This document shows, piece by piece, positions 9,921 through 18,086 of a stretch of DNA of 26,538 nucleotides (positions within the stretch are counted from its first letter, which is position 1; each line of letters begins with the position of its first letter). The notes below the pieces were generated by a model. It was not told the DNA's origin and ran no database searches. It saw nothing but the letters and a program-made list of their open reading frames with translations. The stretch covers positions 1 through 26,538 of IMG/VR virus record IMGVR_UViG_3300043772_001669; one strand, 5' to 3'. The position numbers and the translations under genes are program-made. The DNA comes from a virus. Its lineage: Duplodnaviria > Caudoviricetes.

Positions 9921-12004
9921 TACGTTGCGGAAAGATTGGTGAGTAACATTGTTTTCATAAGACTATTTACCACTTGACCTTCAGTTGGTCCAGGCATAAT
10001 CACAGTTCCACCACCTCCACCTCCTCCAACAGGAATGAAGACTGGTTTTTGTCCTCCACCACCTCCACCCATCATTATAGGCATAATCACAGAAGCACCA
10101 CCACCTGGTTGATTATATGATGGATAATTACTCATTTGATTTATTAACCCTTGTTTATACATCTCAAGCATTTTTGGGTCTGCTTCTGGTCCACCTATTC
10201 CAGGTTTCTTCGAAGCATCCATTATTGCTTTAATTCTGGAGAGATTTGAATTTGGATCACTTGCTTCATTTGCAATAATAGATTTGTGATACATTACATT
10301 TAATCCTTGTGCCTTTGCTAATTTTTCTACCAATTCCGCAGTTTTCAAATTATATTCTTTTTCTCCAGAAGCACCAGTTTCACCTTTTGTTACATCAGCG
10401 TGTCCTGCAAAAATATGATATGCTCGTTTAGGATCTTTCATCATTGCTTCAACTATTCTTTTTGCATTTGCTTCAGCACCTAATGCCATATCTGATTCTA
10501 AAATATTTCCACCTCGATTTGTAACACCCAATCCTCCTCTAAAATTTTTACCATAAGTCCCAAAACTAGAAATAAGTGCTTGAGAAACAGCAGTATCTGG
10601 ACTAGTATTGCTTGGGATTAATCCTGTTTTTTGTCCTTTTGCATTTGGGTCTGCGTGTAATTCTAAAACAAAAGGATTAGAACCTGCTCCCGAAACTCCT
10701 GCCTTTGGTTTGACTTTTACATTTCCACCAAATCTAAAATACTTATCTCCTTCAGTTGTAGGTATTTCTAATCTTTTGCTTCCTTGTCTAACTTCAAAAT
10801 GAACGTGTGGTCCAGTAGAACGTCCAGTACTTCCGACATTTCCAATTACAGTTCCAGGTTCTATTTGTTGTCCTTCTTTGACTAATATTTTACTTAGATG
10901 CCCATAAAAACTACTAGAACCACCAGGATGAGCAACTTGTACGGCATATCCATACCCACCATCATTAAATTGTGCGTAGGTTACTTGACCTGGTTGAATC
11001 ACACTTACTGGGGTTCCTTCCGTAATAGCATAATCAACACCACTATGAATTCTTCCCCATCTCCAACCATAAGGAGATGAAGTATATTTGCTGGGCATTT
11101 GACCACCTTCGGCAGTCATATCTGGAAGTTCTCCTGAAATTTCAGGAGCATCTGGAACTGAATCTGGATCTAAACCATAATCCAACATCATTTCATCAGA
11201 ACCAGCAGCAGATGATGCAGCATTCACAACTGAAGCAAATGATTTATAAATAAATTCTTCAAATTTTCCAACCGATTTGTCGAATTTAGATATAGAATCA
11301 GAAAGAGAACCAGAATCACTAGTAAGTGCTTTTTGTTTTTCTTCTTGTCCTTTTAATCTTTTGGCAAGTTTTTGTTTAAGAGAACTTCCACCTTCATAAA
11401 GTCTATCTGCAGCAAATCCACCAAGAAAACTACCAGCTATATTTCCAACAACAAAACCAAGTCCTGGAATAGGAATGAGTGCTTGACCGATTGCTCCACC
11501 AAGCAATCCACCAGCAAGTGCTCCACTTGTTCCTGCTGCTGCTTTTCCTACACTTTCACCTTCTGCAAGACCAGTCGCAAAATCAAGTCCAGCAAATAGT
11601 GCATTACCAACACCAACTGCCCTCATACCACCCAATTTTAATTTTGGTCCTCTAAGTGTTGGTTTTGGTGGTTTTATATTTGATGGTCTTTGTGGTTTTC
11701 CAATCTTCCCTCTTCCAGGAAACATATTACCAACAAATCCACCAAGGTCTAATGCTCCACTAAACAAAGAACCTAATAGATTTCCTGGTTTTCCAAAATT
11801 ACTTGCAATATTTAAACTTGCAAGTGCTTTTATTTTCTTCTTGTCTGGTAGTTTTAATTTTTCTAATGACCTTTTTTCTACTTCTAAAAATTTACCAAAA
11901 TTAATATATTCACGTTGAAACTTTGATAAAGAGTTTGACCTTGAACCAAGAGAAACAATATTATTTGCTGCAGCAACTAAAGGAGAGGAAAGTGTTTTTT
12001 TCAT
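9920..12004 (-). CDS. Tape-measure-like tail protein with glycine-zipper segment, M23 peptidase and permuted amidase-like domain
   Basis: Hydrophobic GALAGGLLGGAIG...IPIPGLGFVVG; M23 motifs HSGVD, YGHLS and STGPHVHFEVR; then LELHAD...NILE...AGHAD...EKEYNL. Confidence 0.75.
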   Translation of the reverse strand: MKKTLSSPLVAAANNIVSLGSRSNSLSKFQREYINFGKFLEVEKRSLEKLKLPDKKKIKALASLNIASNFGKPGNLLGSLFSGALDLGGFVGNMFPGRGKIGKPQRPSNIKPPKPTLRGPKLKLGGMRAVGVGNALFAGLDFATGLAEGESVGKAAAGTSGALAGGLLGGAIGQALIPIPGLGFVVGNIAGSFLGGFAADRLYEGGSSLKQKLAKRLKGQEEKQKALTSDSGSLSDSISKFDKSVGKFEEFIYKSFASVVNAASSAAGSDEMMLDYGLDPDSVPDAPEISGELPDMTAEGGQMPSKYTSSPYGWRWGRIHSGVDYAITEGTPVSVIQPGQVTYAQFNDGGYGYAVQVAHPGGSSSFYGHLSKILVKEGQQIEPGTVIGNVGSTGRSTGPHVHFEVRQGSKRLEIPTTEGDKYFRFGGNVKVKPKAGVSGAGSNPFVLELHADPNAKGQKTGLIPSNTSPDTAVSQALISSFGTYGKNFRGGLGVTNRGGNILESDMALGAEANAKRIVEAMMKDPKRAYHIFAGHADVTKGETGASGEKEYNLKTAELVEKLAKAQGLNVMYHKSIIANEASDPNSNLSRIKAIMDASKKPGIGGPEADPKMLEMYKQGLINQMSNYPSYNQPGGGASVIMPIMMGGGGGGQKPVFIPVGGGGGGGTVIMPGPTEGQVVNSLMKTMLLTNLSAT

Positions 12005-13743
12005 TATCCGTCAACGATATTATAAACCATTCTAGAATAAAGAACCAAGAAATTATCAGGATTTCCTGCTGGTAAAAATGGAACTGATGGTCCACTCCCT
12101 TGTGAAGGTGGAGGACCACTCATTCCACCTCCTCCTGATTGTTGTTGTCCTCCACCACCCAAATTAATCGGCATTATAATAGGTTGTTGTTGCTGTTGTG
12201 ATGGTGGTGGTTGAGAAACAGTTGTGGCAGAAAGTTTCAATTCTTCTCTTTTCTGCGGTGAAAGCATCAAATCTGGCAAATCTGGACCACCCACTCCAGG
12301 TTTTGGTGTTGGTGATGGTAATACTGGTGCTGGTGGTGCTCCAGAAACTGCTCCTTGTTTAGATTGTTCCAATGCTCTCAAATATTGCTCATTAGTAACT
12401 TGAGCCTTATTTCTAACTGCCGCACTATCATTCCAAGTATAACCTGTTCTTGGGTTTGGAACTGCTCTATATTGTTGTGCAATTGCTGCACCAAAATCTT
12501 CTTTTGACATTTCACCTTTCACATACTTTCCATATCCAAGTTGATTTAAATGGAACAAATGTAATTGTTTTTGTACTTCTGGTGTAAATTTTGTTTTAGT
12601 TGGATCAATTCCCATTTGTTTTGCCAAACCCTCTGCTGTTTCTGGCATAAATTGATATGCTCCAACTGCACCAGAACTATTGGGGTATTTTGAAATATAA
12701 GATCTAAGATTACTTATATTCGTATCCAATATTTTGGGGTCTCCTTTACCTAAGTCAGCATTATAAGCATCAAATCTTCCCCCAGTTTCTGCACCTGCAA
12801 CAAAAGATGCCAATCCTTCTATTCCAGGTCCTCCCATTAAATTTGGATTTGGACTAGGACCACCAGGACTAGGACCACCAGGACTTCTCGATCCACCTCC
12901 TCCACCACCAGGAGATCCTTTTGGTTTATCTTTTTGCGTTTTAAACATCGCACTGATTGCATTTGCAAATCTATCAACAATTGAAGAAAACTTATCAACA
13001 ACATCCCCAGGAATTTCTGGGGATGTCTGTGCTGCTTGTGCTTGGTCTTGTGGACTATCAGAGAGTGCATTTACCGCACCAGCACCAAGAGCACCAAGTC
13101 CTAATGCACCAGCACCAAGAGCAAGCATTTTGCCTTTTCCACCCATCATTCTCTGAAGTCCTCTTGGTGCAGATTTCCTCAATCCACCACCAGGAATATC
13201 AACATCGAGATTTAATCCTCCACCACCAGAAGGTGAAGCAACAGGAAGATTAGATAATTGTTTTACAATTTTGATTATAACTTGACGAATTAATTTTGCA
13301 ACCTCAAAACTTTCAGTAAATGATTTTTTAAGTACCTCTAAATTATCTCTTACTTTATTAATATTTTTTTTATTACCAAAAAAGTTTATAAAACCTAAAG
13401 CAGTCTTATAAAAATTTAAAAACTTACCAAGAATACCAATTGGTTTTGCATCATCTACTTGTTTCAATCGTCTTTGATAATCAGCAGAAAATCCCTGAAG
13501 AGTTTTGTTAATTACATTCGTTACATTATTATTAATATTTGTGGTTATTGTGCTTACAATATTATTAACTACTGGAGCTGCTGGTTGAACTCCTGCTCTT
13601 TGAAAACCTACAATTTTATTTGCAGCACCATTCACAACAGAAGCACCAAGTATAGAACCACCTGAAATAAAGTTCTGTGCTGCTACTTTATTTGTATTCT
13701 GTCTTCCTATTACTTTTTCTGGACTAAGAACAGAACTAACCAT
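12004..13743 (-). CDS. Tape-measure-like tail protein with lysozyme-like (lambda R/GH104-type) domain
   Basis: AETGGRFDAYN...SGAVGAYQFMPET...FTPEVQ resembles the E...AAGRYQ...FSPxxQ lysozyme signature. Gly/Ala hydrophobic segment ALGAGALGLGALGAGA; Pro/Gly linkers. Confidence 0.7.
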   Translation of the reverse strand: MVSSVLSPEKVIGRQNTNKVAAQNFISGGSILGASVVNGAANKIVGFQRAGVQPAAPVVNNIVSTITTNINNNVTNVINKTLQGFSADYQRRLKQVDDAKPIGILGKFLNFYKTALGFINFFGNKKNINKVRDNLEVLKKSFTESFEVAKLIRQVIIKIVKQLSNLPVASPSGGGGLNLDVDIPGGGLRKSAPRGLQRMMGGKGKMLALGAGALGLGALGAGAVNALSDSPQDQAQAAQTSPEIPGDVVDKFSSIVDRFANAISAMFKTQKDKPKGSPGGGGGGSRSPGGPSPGGPSPNPNLMGGPGIEGLASFVAGAETGGRFDAYNADLGKGDPKILDTNISNLRSYISKYPNSSGAVGAYQFMPETAEGLAKQMGIDPTKTKFTPEVQKQLHLFHLNQLGYGKYVKGEMSKEDFGAAIAQQYRAVPNPRTGYTWNDSAAVRNKAQVTNEQYLRALEQSKQGAVSGAPPAPVLPSPTPKPGVGGPDLPDLMLSPQKREELKLSATTVSQPPPSQQQQQPIIMPINLGGGGQQQSGGGGMSGPPPSQGSGPSVPFLPAGNPDNFLVLYSRMVYNIVDG

Positions 13744-13915
13744 TTTGTTGTTGCTGCTGTTTTAATTTTTCTTCTTCAATATGTTGCTGTAAAAGTGCTA
13801 AGTAGATGTCCCTTTCCCAGGGCATCATATTTTCAATCTCAGTTAATGAATATTTATGGAACTGCATCAAGGCAAAATTAATTCTAAAATATGACTCTAG
13901 TTCCATATGAGCCAT
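13736..13915 (-). CDS. gp51: Baseplate hub assembly catalyst gp51 (short cyanophage form, 59 aa)
   Basis: Below the ORF-track cutoff. Translates as MAHMELESYFRINFALMQFHKYSLTEIENMMPWERDIYLALLQQHIEEEKLKQQQQQNG*, containing the YSLTEIENMMPWER motif. Confidence 0.85.
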   Translation of the reverse strand: MAHMELESYFRINFALMQFHKYSLTEIENMMPWERDIYLALLQQHIEEEKLKQQQQQNG

Positions 13916-13945
13916 ACTTAACCGAAAAAAGATGTCAATCCCTCC
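13887..13945 (-). promoter_or_regulatory. Candidate -1 programmed ribosomal frameshift signal (gp26 to gp51)
   Basis: GGAGG (13945-13941), 10-nt gap, T TTT TTC (13930-13924), then hairpin AAGTATGGCTC/GAGTCATATTT (13919-13887). The -1 frame is open into gp51. Confidence 0.6.
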
Positions 13946-14646
13946 AACGTAACTTCACTTTCAATTTTAGTTTTTGGATTTGTAACTTTTACGGTATGAG
14001 AAAGTCTAGGCATCGTATCAAAGAACTTCTCAATTTCCTTAAATTGATTTGAGTTTAAGGTTTCAATCCAATCAGTCAATTCTTTTTTAGTAGAGTCCGC
14101 AGCAGACCAACTTTCCTCTGCGTTAAAAATAACATCAATACAAGAAGTGATTACATCAAAAGACCTTTCAATACTTGATGAACTTTGTTCTGCACTAAAG
14201 TCAAAATTAGTTTTAATGAACTGGTCTAATGAAGGATACTTCATTCTCAAAACCAAATCAGAATCAAGATGAATATCTGTGCTATGTTCTGGGTCTTTTT
14301 GAACTTCAATTTGGTCGATAAACACTGTAACTGGAACTTGTGTTTCTCCATCATCACCACAAGTTATAATCAAGTCAAGACTTTCTCCAACTGACTTACC
14401 ACGAACATTTAAGAAAATATATTCAATATCAAAAGTGGGTAGTTCTTCTACTTTAATTCCTTTTGTTAAAATGCAATCTTTTAATACTTGCTTGATTGCA
14501 TTTGTAATTTCTTTTGTGCTTTGACTTTCAAGAGCAAGAATTAATATCTTTTCTTCTTTGACTAGAAATGGTCTGTATTTAATTGTTTTTCCAGTTGATG
14601 GTAAAACCAAATCATACGTTGGTGTAGAAATCTTAGGTAATGGCAT
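13918..14646 (-). CDS. gp26: Baseplate hub subunit/assembly chaperone gp26
   Basis: MPLPKISTPTYDLVLPSTGKTIKYRPFLVKEEKIL...FDIEYIFLNVRGKSVGE. Confidence 0.9.
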   Translation of the reverse strand: MPLPKISTPTYDLVLPSTGKTIKYRPFLVKEEKILILALESQSTKEITNAIKQVLKDCILTKGIKVEELPTFDIEYIFLNVRGKSVGESLDLIITCGDDGETQVPVTVFIDQIEVQKDPEHSTDIHLDSDLVLRMKYPSLDQFIKTNFDFSAEQSSSSIERSFDVITSCIDVIFNAEESWSAADSTKKELTDWIETLNSNQFKEIEKFFDTMPRLSHTVKVTNPKTKIESEVTLEGLTSFFG

Positions 14647-14670
14647 AATTTATACTATCATTAAAATTAT

Positions 14671-15429
14671 TTATTTGTCTAATGTACCGTAATTCTTTTC
14701 CATTACATATCTTGTATACTGGAAAGTGACTGTTGTTTTTACAATTTGACTTCCCTCATAAGTTAAAGGCATCGCAGTGATATTTGTTGGGAATGCTTCA
14801 ATCATTCTATAAGTTAAATGTGGTGGGAATTTTACATTATTTGGGTTTGAACTATCAAAATTTCTCTCAAACTTTGTAAGTGATATAATTCTCTTATAGT
14901 CATCTGGGTATCTAAAACGAAAGAAATCTGTCTTTTCTTTTCCAGGACCATCTCCCTGTCCTCTTGGACTTGGTGGCAATAGACCAGTCCCAGCATATAA
15001 CGGATTGATATAATTCATCCATTCTTCAAAAAGACGAATTAAATTATATTCATTATCAACATAAAAAGTCATCGTAAATTCTGGAAAAATTCTTCTCGTT
15101 GGAAATCTTTCAATCGTTCCCTGACGACTTCCCATTTCTTCCGTTACATCAAACTGAACTCCAGGAATAACTGCTTCCGCACAATAAAAATCATAGACAT
15201 AATTTTTTGTTTGATTTGCAGTAATAACATTCGAATTACGCAACCAACTCATCAATCCACTTCCACCAGCATCAACATTTGTTAAATGTAATGATACTTT
15301 AAATTGACTAGTAAGAGATAAATTACCAAAAATATCTCTTGCTGAGGGCATTCCATTTGTTGGAGCACCTTCCGTCATCTTAAGGTAAAATGGTCCTATA
15401 CGCGGAGACCCTCTATCTGGAGCAGCCAT
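14671..15429 (-). CDS. Tail tube initiator, gp54/gp19-like
   Basis: FYCAEAVIPG, FTMTFYVD...FEEWMNYI and AFPTNI..MPLTY...TVTFQY tail-tube-fold motifs. Confidence 0.7.
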   Translation of the reverse strand: MAAPDRGSPRIGPFYLKMTEGAPTNGMPSARDIFGNLSLTSQFKVSLHLTNVDAGGSGLMSWLRNSNVITANQTKNYVYDFYCAEAVIPGVQFDVTEEMGSRQGTIERFPTRRIFPEFTMTFYVDNEYNLIRLFEEWMNYINPLYAGTGLLPPSPRGQGDGPGKEKTDFFRFRYPDDYKRIISLTKFERNFDSSNPNNVKFPPHLTYRMIEAFPTNITAMPLTYEGSQIVKTTVTFQYTRYVMEKNYGTLDK

Positions 15430-15430
15430 C

Positions 15431-15438
15431 TATAAATA
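15431..15438 (+). promoter_or_regulatory. T4-type late promoter TATAAATA for the gp4-gp2-gp48 operon
   Basis: Exact TATAAATA 22 nt upstream of ATG 15461. Confidence 0.75.
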
Positions 15439-15446
15439 TTTTTAAG

Positions 15447-15454
15447 TGTTTATA
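15447..15454 (-). promoter_or_regulatory. Late-promoter variant TATAAACA for the leftward tail operon
   Basis: One mismatch to TATAAATA, 17 nt upstream of ATG 15429. Confidence 0.45.
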
Positions 15455-15460
15455 ATATGT

Positions 15461-15928
15461 ATGCCTCGTAACGAAGATAGTAAATATAGACAGGGAAAAT
15501 ATAGACCCCACAATCCACAAAAGTATGGTGGAGACCCATCAAATATTGTTTATAGGTCTTCATATGAATTAAAGTTTATGCAATATTGTGATTTGACTGA
15601 AAGTGTGAACTCTTGGAAAAGTGAAGAATTTTGTATTGCTTATCGTTCACCAATTGACAATAAAGTTCACAGATATTTTCCAGACTTTTTTGTGAAGTAT
15701 AAAGATAAAGACGGAAACAATCGAACTCTTGTTGTTGAAATCAAACCACAAAAAGATTTAAAAATGCCTGAAACAAATCCAAAAAGAAGAACAAAGTCTT
15801 GGGTGTATTCAGTTAAAATGTGGGTAGTCAATCAGGCAAAATGGGAAGCAGCAAGAAATTGGTGTGCTGATAGAAATTATGAATTTAAAATATTCACAGA
15901 AAAAGAATTGGGAATTCCAGTCAAATGA
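15461..15928 (+). CDS. gp4: Head completion nuclease gp4 (TnsA-like fold)
   Basis: Start reassigned to ATG 15461. YRSSYELKFMQYCD, HRYFPDF, EIKP, NQAKWEAA and FKIFTEKEL motifs. Confidence 0.9.
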   Translation: MPRNEDSKYRQGKYRPHNPQKYGGDPSNIVYRSSYELKFMQYCDLTESVNSWKSEEFCIAYRSPIDNKVHRYFPDFFVKYKDKDGNNRTLVVEIKPQKDLKMPETNPKRRTKSWVYSVKMWVVNQAKWEAARNWCADRNYEFKIFTEKELGIPVK

Positions 15929-16422
15929 TAGCAGACGACATCAGAAAGCAAGCAGGCAACAAATATCGCAGTAGTGATTGGTGGACCAATTCACTAATGA
16001 ATGAATTGAGAAATCAACAAAAAAGAGATATTAATGAAGCAGATACTGGATTTATAAAACCAGGAGATTTAGTTTTCTTTTTGTATTCTGCAAAGTATCC
16101 ACAGAAATATGAATACTGGGATAAACATCCTCTATCTTACATTATAGAAATTAGTTTTGCAGAAGGTTGGTTTCTTGGAGCAAATCTACACTATCTTAAT
16201 CCACAGTATCGTGGAGGTGTCGCACAATCCTTTCTAAATAAAGAAGGAATTATAAATGCACCCAAGAAAACTTTACATAAATACCTCTTCTCTGGAGTGA
16301 TGACTGAATTCTTTAAAGTGCCTGAAAAAGAATGGAGAGAAGTATCGTTGCTTCCAACAGAGAAATTTGTTGATAAAAGAGGTCAACCAGTATTTAAAAC
16401 CAAAGTTTGGGACGCACCATAG
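15925..16422 (+). CDS. gp2: DNA end protector protein gp2
   Basis: PGDLVFFLYSAK...WDKHPL...FLGANLHYL; ATGA overlap with gp4. Confidence 0.8.
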   Translation: MIADDIRKQAGNKYRSSDWWTNSLMNELRNQQKRDINEADTGFIKPGDLVFFLYSAKYPQKYEYWDKHPLSYIIEISFAEGWFLGANLHYLNPQYRGGVAQSFLNKEGIINAPKKTLHKYLFSGVMTEFFKVPEKEWREVSLLPTEKFVDKRGQPVFKTKVWDAP

Positions 16423-17964
16423 ATGGCATATGAAGTATTAAAAGATAATTATTATCGTTCATCTGTTGGACCTTTGGGCCTTGAACTTGGAATTAGATAC
16501 GATCCAACAAATGGTGACTACGAATTAAAAGAAAAAAATATACTTGGTTATGACGCAGTATCAGGAAATGCAATATTTTATAAAAACGGTAGTTGGTATA
16601 ATGATGCATTAAAAGACCCGAATTTATTTACAGATGGGGATCCAAACAAACCAACAGCACTGGCACAACAATTATCGACAGATATAAGAAAAAAAGTATA
16701 CGCAGCATATCAAGCAAAAGGAGGTACTGCTGGTGGAAACGTGGTTAATGCTACCGCAAGACCAGCAAATCAAAATAGTCCAGCAGGAGTAAACAATAGT
16801 TTTCCAGGAACAAATCCAGGAATAGCAACGGCAGTGCCAGGAGTAGGTGGTATATTAGCAGCAACACCAGGGTCAATAAATCTTAATGATACTGCTAATC
16901 TTAATTTTGATAGCAACAACGAAGACAAAATTTTTAAAGATAGTGGTCTATTACTATACCCAATTGATATTTTAAAAAATCAACAAGATACATTACAAAT
17001 TACAATGTATCGTTATCAACCACCATCTGGAGACCTTTTTACAAATCCAAACTTTGATTTCTCATCAGTTTTGATAAAAGGATTACAAAGAAACAGTGCT
17101 TTAAAAAAACCAATTGCAACTACAGTTTTACCAATTCCTTCTGGCATTCAAGATAATAATGCTATAGGTTGGGGAGATGACTCAATGAATAATCTTACAG
17201 CAGCAGTTGCTGGTAAAGTTAGTTCTAACCGAATGCAAACAGGAATCACACAAGCAGTAATTGCAGCTTTGGCAACTGCGGTCCAGGCAAAGTTTGGTGT
17301 CAATTTGCCTAGTCAAAGTATCTATCAGATAGCAGCAATAGGAAGTGCAGCAGGAACTGGTACTGATTTAAATGCATTATTACAAAATCAACAAACCAAA
17401 GCAGCAATAACTTCATTATTATTAAAAAATGCTGGATTTGAACTTCCAGCAGAAACTATTTTAGCAAGAGGTTATGGAATTGTCCCAAACTCAAACCTTG
17501 AATTATTATTCCAAGGTCCAACACTTCGTCAATTTGGTTTCACTTGGCGTATGAGTCCAAGAAGTGCCAGTGAAGCAACAAATGTAAAAAGAATTATTCG
17601 TATGTTTAAACAGGGAAGTGCCCCAAGAAAATTAAACTCACAGTCTGGTGCTGGTGCTGCTTCTCTTTTTCTTGGAACTCCAAATGTTTTTAAACTTTCA
17701 TACAAAACAGGGAATGAAGAAATATCTGGATTAAATAAATTTAAGATTTGTGCTCTTGTTAATATGAGTGTAGTTTATGCTCCTGACGGTCAATGGGCTG
17801 CGTATGATAAAGGACAACCAGTATCTCTTACTATGTCTCTAAATTTTCAAGAAATTGAACCTGTATATGAGAGTGATTATCAAGAAGATGTTTCTGATAA
17901 ATTTACAGGTAATCTTAGATTGGATAATTTTAGTTCAGTAAAACAAGACGATGTAGGGTACTAA
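16423..17964 (+). CDS. gp48: Baseplate tail-tube cap gp48
   Basis: LPIPSGIQDNN, NLELLFQGPTLRQFGFTWRMSPRS..EA and LNFQEIEP motifs. Confidence 0.85.
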   Translation: MAYEVLKDNYYRSSVGPLGLELGIRYDPTNGDYELKEKNILGYDAVSGNAIFYKNGSWYNDALKDPNLFTDGDPNKPTALAQQLSTDIRKKVYAAYQAKGGTAGGNVVNATARPANQNSPAGVNNSFPGTNPGIATAVPGVGGILAATPGSINLNDTANLNFDSNNEDKIFKDSGLLLYPIDILKNQQDTLQITMYRYQPPSGDLFTNPNFDFSSVLIKGLQRNSALKKPIATTVLPIPSGIQDNNAIGWGDDSMNNLTAAVAGKVSSNRMQTGITQAVIAALATAVQAKFGVNLPSQSIYQIAAIGSAAGTGTDLNALLQNQQTKAAITSLLLKNAGFELPAETILARGYGIVPNSNLELLFQGPTLRQFGFTWRMSPRSASEATNVKRIIRMFKQGSAPRKLNSQSGAGAASLFLGTPNVFKLSYKTGNEEISGLNKFKICALVNMSVVYAPDGQWAAYDKGQPVSLTMSLNFQEIEPVYESDYQEDVSDKFTGNLRLDNFSSVKQDDVGY

Positions 17965-17990
17965 TTCATTTTAATTCAATCAATAAATAA

Positions 17991-18086
17991 AAGTGCCTGA
18001 GTTGGTGGTTCTTTTCAGGTTGGGATAAAGCACTTTCGGGTGCTTTTCCTGTATAAATAATAATAACCACCAACTTAAGAGCAGTT
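17991..18086 (+). promoter_or_regulatory. Structured leader of the homing endonuclease gene (long-range stem plus UUCG hairpin/terminator)
   Basis: GTTGGTGGTT (18001-18010) is the exact reverse complement of AACCACCAAC (18065-18074). Inner hairpin AAAGCACT-TTCG-GGTGCTTT is followed by a short T tract. Confidence 0.6.
18052..18059 (+). promoter_or_regulatory. T4-type late promoter TATAAATA for the homing endonuclease
   Basis: Exact consensus 27 nt upstream of ATG 18087. Confidence 0.75.

Noticed and set aside
12851-12885. 15-bp tandem repeat (PGGPS) and other Gly/Gln runs
   Set aside because: Ordinary low-complexity linker coding sequence.
15461-15928. TnsA-like nuclease as a Tn7 transposon
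   Set aside because: It is T4 gp4 in its normal gp4-gp2 context; no tnsB/C or transposon ends.
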